A stretch of DNA of 42,839 nt from Sphaerodactylus townsendi. Its lineage: Eukaryota. A program made the translations under genes and the position numbers. The stretch is taken from the NCBI RefSeq assembly GCF_021028975.2, contig NC_059433.1, positions 93,207,162 to 93,250,000 on the forward strand, given 5' to 3'. A model generated the notes under the pieces. It was given only the letters and a program-made list of their open reading frames with translations, was not told the DNA's origin and did no database searches. Below are positions 12,829 to 24,037 of the stretch, piece after piece. Every line of letters begins with the position of its first letter. Position 1 is the stretch's first letter.

Positions 12829-13347
12829 GGCCGCTTCCGCGATCGGAGGCGAAACGCTGGTCGGCGACGGCATTCTTGGCATACGACCGACAACGCTGGG
12901 ACCATCCGCCGCATCGACAGTCCTTGAAACAGCCGGCAGCCGGTGCTGCGAGCCGGCGCCTGGCCGTCCAACGGTGATGTCCCCGGCCTCCAAAGCTGCC
13001 GCCGGTGTCTGGGAACACCACCCTGGCCTCTTAGCGCCTGGCTGCTCCAGCCGGGCGCAGGGTGAGGGGCGTCCCCAGGCCTCGGGTGACGCTCGAGGCC
13101 CAGGGACAAGGTAGAGTGCCGGGTGGCGGAAATAAAGTGAAGCAGCGTTTCGCCACGCCGGCAGCTGTTACGGGCAAGCGTTCTAAAGAAGCGCTTCCCA
13201 GCGCCTGGGAAAACGCTGGCTTCGGGTCAGTGTGAGGCGGCGCGAGGGCGCGCCGCTGCGATGTAGTTGAGCTCCTTGTGGTAGCCGAGCGGCCTGGAGA
13301 CGCTTGGTCAGCCATCCAGGCCGCCATTGCCCAAGGGAAACGGGACC
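12829..13347 (-). mobile_element. GC-rich Harbinger-type MITE, inverted homolog of 33993-34502
   Basis: Colinear with the reverse complement of 33993-34502 (GGCCGCTTCCGC, ACGCTGGGACC, GTCCCCAGGCCTCGG, GCGCTTCCCAGCGC, GGCGGCGCGAGGGCG); TSD not recoverable. Confidence 0.85.
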
Positions 13348-14109
13348 TCTCAGATTAAATTGCTGTTCTCATTTCAGTTAACATGCATTGGGAAAGACCT
13401 TTCTCTGCACTGGATTTTGGAAAGCCACTTTCAGTCAGAGTAGTTAATACTAGGGTTTGACTGGAGATAAATATTGGTTGAAATATTATTGCTTTTTTTG
13501 GATCAAGACTACATTGAGTTTACCCATTGTTTTTGTTCCAGCAGTGTTCACTGACAACTATGTTGCTGACAAAGCTAAGGGAGAAAACAACATGAGGGAC
13601 AATGGTTACTTTAATTATAACTCAAATTAATTAGAGCTTTTGCTGATGTTGTTTCAGTGTACCATGTATAGCATTATTTCACTATATAAAATAAGAAAGT
13701 ATTGTGGAACCTGTGAGACTAACAGATTTATTGTGGCATAAGATTTCTTGTAAATAAAATTGTGTAAATTTAATTTTATACAATTAATCTATCCATTTTT
13801 AAGATGCTATTACATTTTCCTCTGCTTTTGCTATACCAGGCACAGACATGTCACTGGGATTTTTCTCTTATAAGACACTTGAATTTTTTAATCAGAGTTT
13901 TTTTAGAAATCATATATTAAACTTACTAAGTCCTGTTAGCTTAACAACAGGGTTATATTACTTCTGAGGTAAGAAAACACACATTCAAATATTTTAAAAT
14001 AGGTAGCATTAACCTTAGCTTTCCAGTAAATGCTTATTAATTTTTGAGCATTCAGTTTTAAAATACAAGGCACAATATGCAGAATAATGGGGAACATTTT
14101 CCATTCCCC

Positions 14110-14221
14110 AAATAGCAATACTTTAGGAGTCCTTAGTTGATGTGGATCATACTTATTGCAGAGGTTTGCTGTAGGGTGTTTTCAGTTCTGGCATAGATAT
14201 TGTACAATAAAAAGTGTGTGT
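14110..14221 (+). repeat. 112-bp direct repeat, copy 1
   Basis: Matches 15282-15393 with 3 substitutions. Confidence 0.95.
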
Positions 14222-14257
14222 CGTTGTGTATTACTCCTAAACTATTCACTTCATTTA

Positions 14258-14452
14258 GGGGAAGGAGCTGTGGCTCAGTAGTATAACAGTTCTTGGCTTG
14301 TAGAAGGTTCCAGGTTCACTATTCATCATCTTCAGTATAAATATGTAAGTAGGTGATGTGAAAAACCTCTGTTTTAGACTCTGGAGAGCCACTGTCTGAG
14401 TGTGCAGTCCTGTGCCTGAAAGAGCAATGGTCCGATTCATTACAATGCAGGT
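14258..14452 (+). mobile_element. tRNA-derived SINE with CR1-like tail
   Basis: TGGCTCAGTAGTA A box, GGTTCACT B-box remnant, GTAGGTGATGTGAAAAACCTCTG body. Confidence 0.8.
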
Positions 14453-14827
14453 GCCTGTCTTCACTTTATAACACATTTACTGAAGTGAATCTTCAACAAG
14501 TTCTTTGCGTACGCGGAGCATCGGTTAACCCAAAAGATTACGGGCTTCAAGAAAGTGAGTGTGACTCAGTTGTTCCAAGATGCACCTGGGGCTTCTCCCA
14601 CCTCTTGAATATTTCAGCCTACCCAATTAAACATTCATCTCCACACTTCATTCTCAGCAGAGGCTTTCAACTAGTGTTATTCAAAGTAGCTTCTTTTGAT
14701 TTCTTCAATTGTGTATCAATTGAATACACAGTACAGGAGCTAGCAAAAGAACATGAATACAGTGCAAAGTTATATGGAAAAGTATTTATTTGATGGATAC
14801 TGAATTATAAAATACACAAATATCTTG

Positions 14828-14968
14828 GGCCCCTTCCGCACACGCAAAATAATGCGTTTTCAAACCACTGTCAGAACTGTTTGCAAGTGGATTTTGCCAT
14901 TCCGCACAGCTTCAAAGAGCACTGAAAGAAGTTTGAAAGTGCATTATTCTGCATGTGCGGAATGAGCC
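14828..14968. mobile_element. Short Harbinger-type MITE (141 bp)
   Basis: TIRs GGCCCCTTCCGCACACGCAAAATAATGC / GCATTATTCTGCATGTGCGGAATGAGCC; TSD TTG. Confidence 0.9.
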
Positions 14969-15146
14969 TTGCTGTTTGGTACTACTAACATTCTGATTTG
15001 GGACTGATTTATGACTGGCTTGCAACCTTTTGGCAACCTGCAGCAGCCATTTAAGATTTGAGTCTCTACCCATGCAAGATTCCATGAATGTCAGGTATAC
15101 CATAGTAAATGAAATCCCAACTTTTATTTCAAGCAAAAGAGACTCT

Positions 15147-15275
15147 GGCTGATTCCGCATGGGCCAAAAACAGCAGTGTGAAAATGGTGTAAAAGGGTTT
15201 AAAATGGTGTAAAAGCGTTTATACTGTTTTCACACCGTTTTCACACCGCTGTTTTTGGCCCATGCAGAATCAGCC
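15147..15275. mobile_element. Short palindromic Harbinger-type MITE (129 bp)
   Basis: TIRs GGCTGATTCCGCATGGGCCAAAAACAGC / GCTGTTTTTGGCCCATGCAGAATCAGCC; TSD TCT. Confidence 0.9.
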
Positions 15276-15281
15276 TCTGTT

Positions 15282-15393
15282 AAATAGCAGTACTTTAGGA
15301 GTCCTTAGTTGATATGGATCATACTTATTGCAGAGGTTTGCTGTAGGGTGTTTTCAGTTCTGGCATAGATATTGTACAATAAAAAGTCTGTGT
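15282..15393 (+). repeat. 112-bp direct repeat, copy 2
   Basis: Matches 14110-14221 at offset 1172. Confidence 0.95.
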
Positions 15394-16218
15394 GGTTTGC
15401 GTATGCATGTGTGTGAGGATAAGCATACTTGATCCCTTGAAAGAAATCTCTCTAGAATGGAGTATAGTTGTTTTCTAATGCACAACAAAATCTGAAGGTG
15501 GGAGCAGGCAACTAACATATTGTGATGAAGAGAAATTTGGATCAACAGGAGTGTAATTTTCCTACCCTATTTATAAGACTTGTTTGGTATGCTGGGTTTA
15601 TGCTGACACTAGAGAATTTAGACTAGCACAGAATGCTGAGGTTGTGGGTCCACCTTCAGTATTGAAAATGTATTTTTAGATTTTCTATTGTCATAGTCAC
15701 TCAAAGTTTGCACTCTGGCATGCTTTTTCTCGCTTTATGGAGCCAAGTTTTGCAATGCTGTTAAGCTAAAGAAAATATATTTTAAGGATCTCATAAACAT
15801 AAATATCACCTGAAAACTGTATGGTGGCATGAAATCACTGTTACAGAGAAACAGATGCATAGTTGCCTTTAAATGTAAAGTAATGATAATTAATTTAATA
15901 CAAAATGATTGAATTAACGTTTAGTTAGCTACAAAACATTGCTTTATCACTGCCATCTCAACTAATGTGATATCAAGGTAAGGATAAATTTTCTCTGAAA
16001 TTTCTCTCTCTCTCGATGATTTTCATTTATAGTCTGCCCTTCTTACTGTGACTCAAGAAAGATTACAAGTATAATAATATCAATTAAGCAGTAAGAAGTA
16101 AGCAAATTACAAGATACAACGTTTTAGTCTAATTTCAAAGGTTCCTAGTAAAACAGATAATGCAGTTTGGTTGGGACTGTAGAACAGCATAGGTTCTCCT
16201 TGAAGAAGGGAGATGGAG

Positions 16219-16376
16219 GGCTGGGTTTCCAGTTTCAGCTTGGGAAACTCCTGGAGATTTGGGATAGAGTGTGGGAAGGACTGGAGCCTCAGTGGGATAC
16301 AATGCCATAGAGTCCACCCTACAAAGCATCTATTTTATCTAGGGGAATTGATCACCATAGTCTGGAAATAAATTAT
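16219..16376 (+). mobile_element. hAT-like non-autonomous element, truncated by a MITE
   Basis: GGGAAACTCCTGGAGATTTGGG..AATGCCATAGAGTCCACCCT core shared with 5039-5216 and 42476-42620. Confidence 0.65.
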
Positions 16377-16645
16377 GGCCATTTCCGCATGGCCACGCTC
16401 GGTGTGTGTGTCGGCGTATATGATGCTGATGCACCCCCCCACAGGACCGTTCGCACGAAAAGTCCTGGTAGGGGTGGGGAAGACGCTGCAGCCTGTGCAG
16501 AGGCTGCGCCGTCCCCTGAACACCTTACCGCCCCTCCGACCTTCCGCCGTGTCGCCCAGGCCAGGGGACACGCCCCCTACCCTGTGTGATAGTCAGGAAA
16601 GGGAGGGGAAAATGGCGCCTTCCAGCCGCTGCCGTTCGCACGATG
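16377..16645. mobile_element. Truncated GC-rich Harbinger-type MITE
   Basis: Left TIR GGCCATTTCCGCATGGCC; GGACCGTTCGCAC, GGGGACACGCCCCC and GCTGCCGTTCGCAC motifs as in 30504-31084; no right TIR. Confidence 0.75.
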
Positions 16646-17119
16646 GAGCTGCCATTACAGGGTTCCTTATCTTGATATCAGGAAAGGAGAAATAAAATGG
16701 TATTAAGGAGCCCTAGTGGTTTCAGATCACACTGTAATTGCCAGTCCCATATACATCCCTGATATATCAGCGACTGGAGTATTTGCCAATCCATTAATCA
16801 TAATTTGCTGGTCAGCTGCAGATTTAGCACAACAGTGTGCGCACATTCATGACTGACTGTCATGCATGTTTTTACTGTAGGCATAGTTTAGCTAAATAAA
16901 TAAATGGGAGTTGTATTTTCCCCATACCAGTAATTAGTGGCATCTTTCTCTCCCATCACACTCCTTTATACCCTATGGCACTCTGACATGATCATGGGAC
17001 CACAACAGGAATTTTATTTTATAAAATATTGTTTGTTTGGCAGCATTATCATGGGAGTGGAATTTCTTTTTCTGAAATTCACTCTTTTTAGATATGGCTA
17101 TTGATTCCTCGGAAGAAGG

Positions 17120-17301
17120 GGATGTGGCATGGTGCAGCCCAATCACTTCAGATCTTAGAAGCTAAGCAGGGAAAATACTTGGTGGAATACCACCAATGAA
17201 GATTTTATAGAGGAACACAATGACAAACAAACTTTGCTTCTCAGTAGCCTTGAAAAACCCTTTCAGAGATGTCCAGATGTTGACTATGACTTGATGGCAT
17301 T
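17120..17301 (+). mobile_element. 5S rRNA-derived SINE with RTE/Sauria-SINE-like tail
   Basis: GATCTTAGAAGCTAAGCAGGG matches the 5S box A region; tail GCCTTGAAAAACCC..TGACTTGATGGCA. Confidence 0.7.
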
Positions 17302-18030
17302 GATTCCTCTTATTCTGCTTTCTCTATCAAAAGAGACATTTTTCACCATAGTTTTCTGTTGTACCTGCATGTAACTTTAGCACTTGCAGTGTTTTTTGGG
17401 GGGAGGGGAGCACAACACTGGGTGCTCTAGCAGTAAAGTTGGAAAGGTTGGGAATACATTGTCTGCCTCTGAATGAAATTTAATAGAACCTCCCTCCCTT
17501 CCCCTCCTCTCTGTGAATTTCTCTTTTGATCAAAATGGAATTGATTTGAAATTGTCTTCAATTTGCTAAAATAGAATTTGGATGGGGGAGAGACAGATTA
17601 TTGGATATCAGGAATAAACAGGGTAAACAGAAATTAAAAGAAGTTCTCTTAACAGTGCTAGTGTTTTGTCAGTGAATTCATGCACTAATTTATATCTTAC
17701 GTGAGATGCTGTGGCTGGCAAGGATACAGCTTTCTTCTCCCTGCTTTGTGCCACTGCCTTGTCAGTGCCAATGGAAGCAGCAAAAACTTTATATCCTCCA
17801 ACTGGATCAACATGTACACACATTTGCATGTCCGTGCTGCTCTAAGATTCCACTGCACGCACTCTCTGCCCTGGATCCAGAATAACCTGGTTCAACAAAG
17901 CATCTGATCTGCATGCTAATAAGGCCAGGAGACCAGCAGCTAGCTAGCTAGTAGTAGTCACTAGTTGCAAAAAATCTATTGTGCAGCTGCCAACCAGTTC
18001 ATATGAAGTCAAAGGCATTCAAATACAGTA

Positions 18031-18193
18031 ATGAAATTGCCTTATACTAAATCAGACAATTGGTCCACCAAGCTGGGATTTTCCAAATCTACTACAAACC
18101 TACTACCTGATCCTTAATTGTAGATGCTGGGGACTGAAGCTGTAACTTTCTGCAAGACAAGCGGATGCTCTGTCACTGAGCCACACTTCCCTC
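18031..18193 (-). mobile_element. tRNA-derived SINE with CR1-like tail
   Basis: Reverse complement begins GGGAAGTGTGGCTCAGTGACAGAGCATC and ends AGTATAAGGCAATTTCAT. Confidence 0.75.
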
Positions 18194-18279
18194 TTGTGGA
18201 TGTATTTGCTGTACCCACAAACTAATCATGGGATCGTATCACTAAAATCGCTGCCTTCAGATATGGTAAATTTGTCTAG

Positions 18280-18387
18280 CGAACACATGTATGACCAAGA
18301 TCATGGCATCCCTAGAGAGAAGAGCCTCAGATCAAATTACTCAGCTGAAGACTGTTATAGAAGAAGGTCAAATGTGTGCAATAAGTT
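18280..18387 (+). CDS. Weak candidate exon (xNTCMTKIMASLERRASDQITQLKTVIEEGQMCAIS)
   Basis: AG at 18278-18279 (alternative 18259-18260), GTAAGT at 18388, 108 nt open; protein unrecognised. Confidence 0.2.
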
Positions 18388-18705
18388 GTAAGTTCAGTTA
18401 TTGCAACTGAAATGTTTGCATCTCATTTTGTTTCTATTGTATGTCACCTCAGGCATATTTTTTCCAGTAGATGGTCAATTTATAAATCCGTATACATTTT
18501 GAACATTTTAAATATTATGCTTTTTAAAATGTAAACCTATTTGAATTAGTAAAAGAGATATACATACAAACAGATGCAACTGTCTAAACTCTGAAAGTGA
18601 CTAGCCTACAATATTTGTAGTGACCATATGTTTCTGTGTTAGCAAATTGTCTTTCCTGCTGGGTTCTTTGGACATAATTCCTACTTGCCAGAAGCAACCA
18701 GTCAA

Positions 18706-18723
18706 GGGGGGGGGGGGGGGGGT
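18706..18723. repeat. Poly-G run
   Basis: Direct. Confidence 0.9.
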
Positions 18724-19884
18724 TCTTTAAAAGCCTGTTCTAATCCACATTTATTACAGACATCTATAATCCACATTTGTGATAGCCATTCTACTAAGTG
18801 ATAGCTAATTGCAGCTATTTGTTTAAACAGAATTAATTTGTTCACAGTGTGTGATGGGCAACCAGGCTTTCAGGAACCAGTAGCTTTAAAATTATTGACA
18901 TCAAGTGAGGCAAAGCAGCTGTATTAGATGCAAGTGAAATACCCCCTTTGTCAAATGCTTTCTTTTTTGTGACCCTCTTGCACCCAGTTTCCTTGGAAAA
19001 ATGTCTAAATTGGGCATAGTGCTGCTTAATAAACCATAGAGACTAAAGGCAGCCAAGAGATTTCAGAAAAGAAAGCTGGGCATTACGTTGCCCACATATT
19101 TACATGTTCATAAATGTCATTATTGGCTAAAGTGTATTCCATTGCCTGATGCTGGAAATAAATGTGATATTTTCAGTGTTATATTTGAGTGCTCTAATCT
19201 CTACTAAATCATGTTCCCCAGGTGTCACCTCCAAGACAATGATTAATGACATTCTAATAAAGCTCACTTTGGCACTCTGAGACTAAAATGTCATTTCTAT
19301 TGGGCATGAATAATTTTCAGCTAAATAGAACCTTGCAACGTTCTTGTTCAAGGACTTTATTTTTAAAAATGTGCTTTAATACAAGGGAAGTTTAAAAAAA
19401 AAAGTGGATGTGAATTATCTACATGATGAAGTGATGTTTTCGTTGGCTGATTTCTCTATTGCGCTTTTGACTGTGCTCTCCTGGGTAATATAGTTCCTGT
19501 TATCAATCACCAGCTGTAATCAGATTTACAAATTCATTGTGTGCTGCTATTAGCTAATCCCAACTGAAAGCATGTTGAAAGATGCCCATTTTGGTGGAAA
19601 TGTAAATTTACAGTTAAAGGTCAGTTCAATAGTAACACTATTTATTATTTGCCCTTAAAAGTGCCGTGTTATACAAAACAGGTACAATTGCTGGCCCTGC
19701 CTCATGATTGAATTCAGGCCAACAAACAAAGAAAAAATATAAATAAAAACTGAAGGTCAAAAATAATTAGGCTAGTTGAGTCAAATGGTTCAATTAAGAC
19801 ATTGCTCAAAAAGAAGAAGGGAAAACAAGCAGAGAATCAACTGAATGCAGAACTATATGTGAACAGCCTCTGTTGCTGGGTCAT

Positions 19885-20250
19885 ATTGATGTCACTCCTG
19901 GCACATACTGGAAAAGATGATGTCATTATATTGCTGGTGATGCCATCAAATGATGCCATTATATTGCTGGTGACATGGGGATGGAATGGCTTTTGGACAA
20001 AAATTCTATGGTAAAAACAGTTTCTACCATAGAATTTCTGCATAAATACCAGAGCGTGCCCATGTTGCCAGCAATGTGATGAAGTCACTTCCACTGAGTT
20101 CTGGAAGTGATGTTGATACATTTCCAGTGACAGAGGCCAGGGCTTCAGTTTGCTGCTGGTAAGTCCCCACTAGTTGGCTGAATGATGTTGGGGGAGGGGA
20201 GGGGCCCCAAAGCAGAAGATCTCCTTCTCCCAGTGGGGGTTTGGCATCAC
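19885..20250. mobile_element. Degenerate non-autonomous DNA element with internal inverted repeats
   Basis: Recurrent TGATGTCA units, hairpin AATTCTATGGTA..TACCATAGAATT, end GGGGTTTGGCATC resembling TGGCAACCC. Confidence 0.45.
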
Positions 20251-20422
20251 AGTCATCCTGTATCTTTTGCCTCTGCAGCCAAAAAAATCAATCATATAAA
20301 TATTATAAATATTTTAAATAAATTTGCCCTCACAGAGACATAGGTGTTTTCTCCTTATTGCCATATAGACTGCAAATGAGATCTCCGGAAGCAGTGAGCA
20401 ATAGGAAGCCCAACTATCCTAA

Positions 20423-21106
20423 CATATAATTCCTTAATGGATGGAATGTTACAACTATTCACTTCCCACCAATTGACATGCAGGGCTCACTTCCAGATGT
20501 GGCTTGCCCCCTCCCCATTCCCATGCCCATCTCCCCTCACCTCAAAGACCAAGCCAAACCTTTAGGGTATCCCAAGGACCAAGTTGAGCCTTTGGGCAGC
20601 ACCCTCTCTATTCCCCTGCCTGCTCTCCCCTCACTCCAAAGGCCAAGCCTGGCTAGCAGGGTAGCAGCAGCTTGCCCCCTGCTGCCCAACTGGCCCTGGC
20701 ACCACTCTTGCCATTCCCCCACTCACCCTCCCTTCCCCACAAATACTGAACTGGGGTGGCAGGGTAGTGACGACTTGCCCACTGCTGCCCTCCTGGCCTC
20801 GGCATCACCCTCCACATTTCCCCACTGTCCCTCCACCTGCCTAAAAGTCCAAGCTGGGCCTGCAGGGCATGGGCAGCTGGCCATCCTCCCTGGCACCATC
20901 TTCCTCATTCCCCAGCCTGCCCTCTCTCAAACCCCAAAGACCAAGCCCCCCTACCCACTCATTGCTTACTTGCCTATTGATCTCCATGGTGCTCTCCTTA
21001 CTACTTCAGGTAAGTAAAACTCTTTCCTCCTCCCCTTCGTCACCCTCCCACCCTGTCTAGAGTCCACTGTATTTTTTGGCACAGCAGCCTTTACCGCAAG
21101 TTCTTG
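20423..21106 (+). mobile_element. Old C-rich interspersed repeat, possibly a degenerate Helitron
   Basis: ATATAATT start, internally repetitive C-rich body, remnant hairpin then CTTG|T end. Confidence 0.35.
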
Positions 21107-21112
21107 TATAAT

Positions 21113-21356
21113 TTCATCCTGTGATCACAGCTAACTTATGGCAACTCTGTAAGGTTTTCAAGACAAGAGACATTCAGAGAAGGTTTATCATTGCCTGTCC
21201 CTGTATCATGACCCTGATATTCCTTGGAGGTTTCCCATCCAAATGCTAGGTAAGGTCAGGGCTGAGAGTGTGTGACTGGCTCAAGGTCACCCAGCAACCT
21301 TCTATGACACAGGTGTGGGTTTCCCAGGTCCTACTCCTATACCGCAACACCACACT
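21113..21356 (-). mobile_element. Chimeric SINE: MIR/Squam3-like head, 5S box C segment, RTE/Sauria-like tail
   Basis: Minus strand GCTGGGTGACCTTGAGCCAGTCACAC core, TTGGATGGGAAACCTCCAAGGAATA (5S-like), TCTTGTCTTGAAAACC..GCCATAAGTTAGCTGTG tail. Confidence 0.65.
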
Positions 21357-21420
21357 TTTACATTAGCTTTTATTTAATCTCATATTTCCCTTTTGATTTT
21401 GCTGTCCAGGGAAAAATGAC

Positions 21421-21733
21421 TGTCAGTATTGTGTAGTAGTTAAGAGTGGTAGTTTCTAATCTCAAGACTCAGGTTTGATTCCCCACTTCTCCACATGAGT
21501 GACAGACTTTAATCTGGAAAACCAGGCTTGATTCTCCACTCCTCCACATGAAACCTGGTGGGTGAACCTGGGCTAGTTACTGTTCTCCCTCAGAACTCTC
21601 TCAGCCCAACCTATGTCACAAGGAACCTGTTGTAGGTGAGGGGTGGGCAGGGGAGAAGATGACTGTAAGCCACTTTGAGACTCCTTTTGGTAGGGAAAAA
21701 TGGGGGTATGAAAACCAACACTTCTTTCTCTTC
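21421..21733 (+). mobile_element. MIR/Ther1-related (Squam3-like) SINE
   Basis: GTGTAGTAGTTAAGAG A box, duplicated B-box module, CAGAACTCTCTCAGCCC core, TGTAAGCCACTTTGAGACTCC L2-type tail. Confidence 0.85.
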
Positions 21734-22963
21734 AAGTATGTTTACTTTAGGATAAGCCTTAGCGTAGAACTGGCAATCTTATCTGGACCATTGGATAGTT
21801 TGTATAATTTCTTTTCATATGTTCAGCACTCATCTGTACAGCACTCTTTTTTTTGTTACTGCAAACATTGTTTGAAAAGAAGTATAGACCCCAAAAGTTT
21901 ACCTCAGCCTTGGAAATAGAATTCCCATTTAGAAGGCACACCGTAACAGTAACATACAAAACATTTTCAAACAAGAATTTACGTTTTTTTTCCAGAGGCA
22001 GAGACCACAATTAATCGAACAGTTCTCCTCTTACCCCAGGCTGTATTTGGCATGAAAGCTGAACATGAAACACATTTGAAGCAGCCATTCTTCTGCATCT
22101 TAGGCAAAAAAAAAAAGATTGGGTTAAGATGGAAATAATACCACACATTTCTATTACAGCATTTATGACCTTTCCCATAGAATTCTTTAATCATGAAACT
22201 GATTTACCTAATTATAATATGCTTGCTCTTTGCCATCTTATTCCGTGAACATGAAATGCCTCCTGACCTTTCAATATGCCTTATTATCTCCTCCCCCAAC
22301 ATGCTTTTGCATTCAGCACATAGGAAGGGTGCCCTTTTGTAGTCCTTATGGACTTCTGGGTTTTGCTCATATTTTGTTCTTAAGGCTGTTTTCACTGAGT
22401 TTTTCTTGTAAAGTTTGTTTGTTTGTGAACATTTTTTACAAAGAATCTCTGTTCTGCCACATTCAGTAGCAAACAGATGCACATTATGACACTTAATAAC
22501 ATGTTTATTTTTAAAAATGTATTTGAACACTTATATCCTACCTTTTCTTGTGGCTGAAGGCTGCTTAGAATAATAATTTAAAACATTTTCAGTTTAAACC
22601 AAAAATCCAATAGCACCCCCCCCCCAAAGATCCCTATCATTTAAACCCCGTCAAAAGCAACATATGCTTTCAGTGGCTTGCCCCAACAATAAGTCAGGCT
22701 GCTGTATTCTGGACCAGTTGTAGTTTCTGAGTTATCTTCAAGGATAGTCCACCTAGAGTGTTTTAGATTCTCTTGATTTGAAAACAAATGCCCCACCTAA
22801 TTATTCTTGCCTGAGGTCTCTGCTTTTCCTCCATTTAAATGAAATGGCACCATTTTATGATGACCTGTCCCAATCTTATTGACTCTTTCCTTGTCCATTT
22901 TTGGTACTTGTTAACATCCAGTCTCCCACGCAAATCCCACTGAACATACTTTCTTTTATCTAA

Positions 22964-23156
22964 CAGCTAGTGTTTTAGGTAGTGATTGAAGTGTTGGACA
23001 GGATCTCAGACTCAAGGGTTTGAGCCCTCAGTTTGCCATGAAAGCTTTCTAGGTGACCTGTGACTAGCCAGCCTCACAGAGTTGTGTATGGATATGAGAG
23101 AAGAAAGATGAAAGCTACTTTGGGTCCCCATTGGGAAGAAATAAATGAAGTAAATA
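22964..23156 (+). mobile_element. Degenerate MIR/Squam3-like SINE
   Basis: GGTTTGAGCCC B box, GCCATGAAAGCT..GGTGACCT core, TTTGGGTCCCCATTGGG tail. Confidence 0.6.
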
Positions 23157-23950
23157 TTACCTGTATGCAAAATTGTAGCTCATATAATCTTTACAAATTT
23201 TAGCCATTTCTAGTGTTCCACTTCTTCTTTTAGCCAACGTATCAAATCACTAGCCCTCCTGTCACTTTTCTCTTTCCACCCCATACCATAAAGCCTGTCC
23301 TTAGGCACTGAAGTTTTTTCTGAGTTCTTACCTTAGTTCTCTGTGCCGTCTTTCAATTTTTCAAGCTCTCCTTTGCAGACCATTCTCCACTTAGCATCCT
23401 CCTTCAGACTTTCTATCTTTTGGCTTCCTGTTGTCTTTGGTACTTATCTTTAGGCTGCTTTCTGGTCTTCATCCTGACCTGTGTAAGAGTTTGTCCTTGC
23501 CAAGCTGATAACATTTTATTTCCTCATAAAAGGTGGACTGTAATGATTTGTCTCTGTGGGCAATGAACATGTGGAATTTATTCTCTAGCATGGTTAGCTT
23601 AGCGCTATTACTGCTGAACTTTCCTGAACTAAGGTTTTTCTGTGTGGCTTTTTAATGCTTTGGTTAACCCATCACATATTTTTAACACTTTGCTTCTAAC
23701 TTTTGGGTTTATTTCACTAGTTATTGTATTTTTAATTATAATGATATTATTTGAAAGGATATATACTTATTTGCAAAAGTAGGACATAACTATTTTAATA
23801 AATAATAAAATGGAATGTTCCATGCCAACATGACAGTCTGTGGGAGAGGCTGCACAAGCAGATAATTATAGACTTTGTAGGTTTAGGAGTTTATGGAAAT
23901 CAAAAACTTTATGTTTATATTTGTTATTACAAATCCAGAAGAGGATGTTA

Positions 23951-24037
23951 TCCAAATTCAGAGTCAAATAAAGTATAAAGTGCTGTTATTCAGAGTCAAA
24001 TCCAAATTCAGAGTCAAATAAAGTATAAAGTGCTGTT
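23951..24037. repeat. Interrupted tandem duplication (37 bp + 13 bp internal copy + 37 bp)
   Basis: TCCAAATTCAGAGTCAAATAAAGTATAAAGTGCTGTT x2 separated by ATTCAGAGTCAAA. Confidence 0.95.

Noticed and set aside
12769-13327. CpG island or promoter with ORFs
   Set aside because: Homologous to the MITE at 33993-34502
17140-17195. 5S rRNA gene
   Set aside because: Partial and diverged, joined to a SINE tail; the same applies to 41605-41690
20990-21016. Recursive splice-site motif (pyrimidine tract-CAG|GTAAGT)
   Set aside because: Lies in a C-rich repeat-like body; no independent support without RNA data
20478-21017. 179-aa proline-rich ORF
   Set aside because: Low-complexity C-rich repeat sequence
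21981-22120. Possible exons on either strand
   Set aside because: Each has one weak splice site and no recognisable peptide
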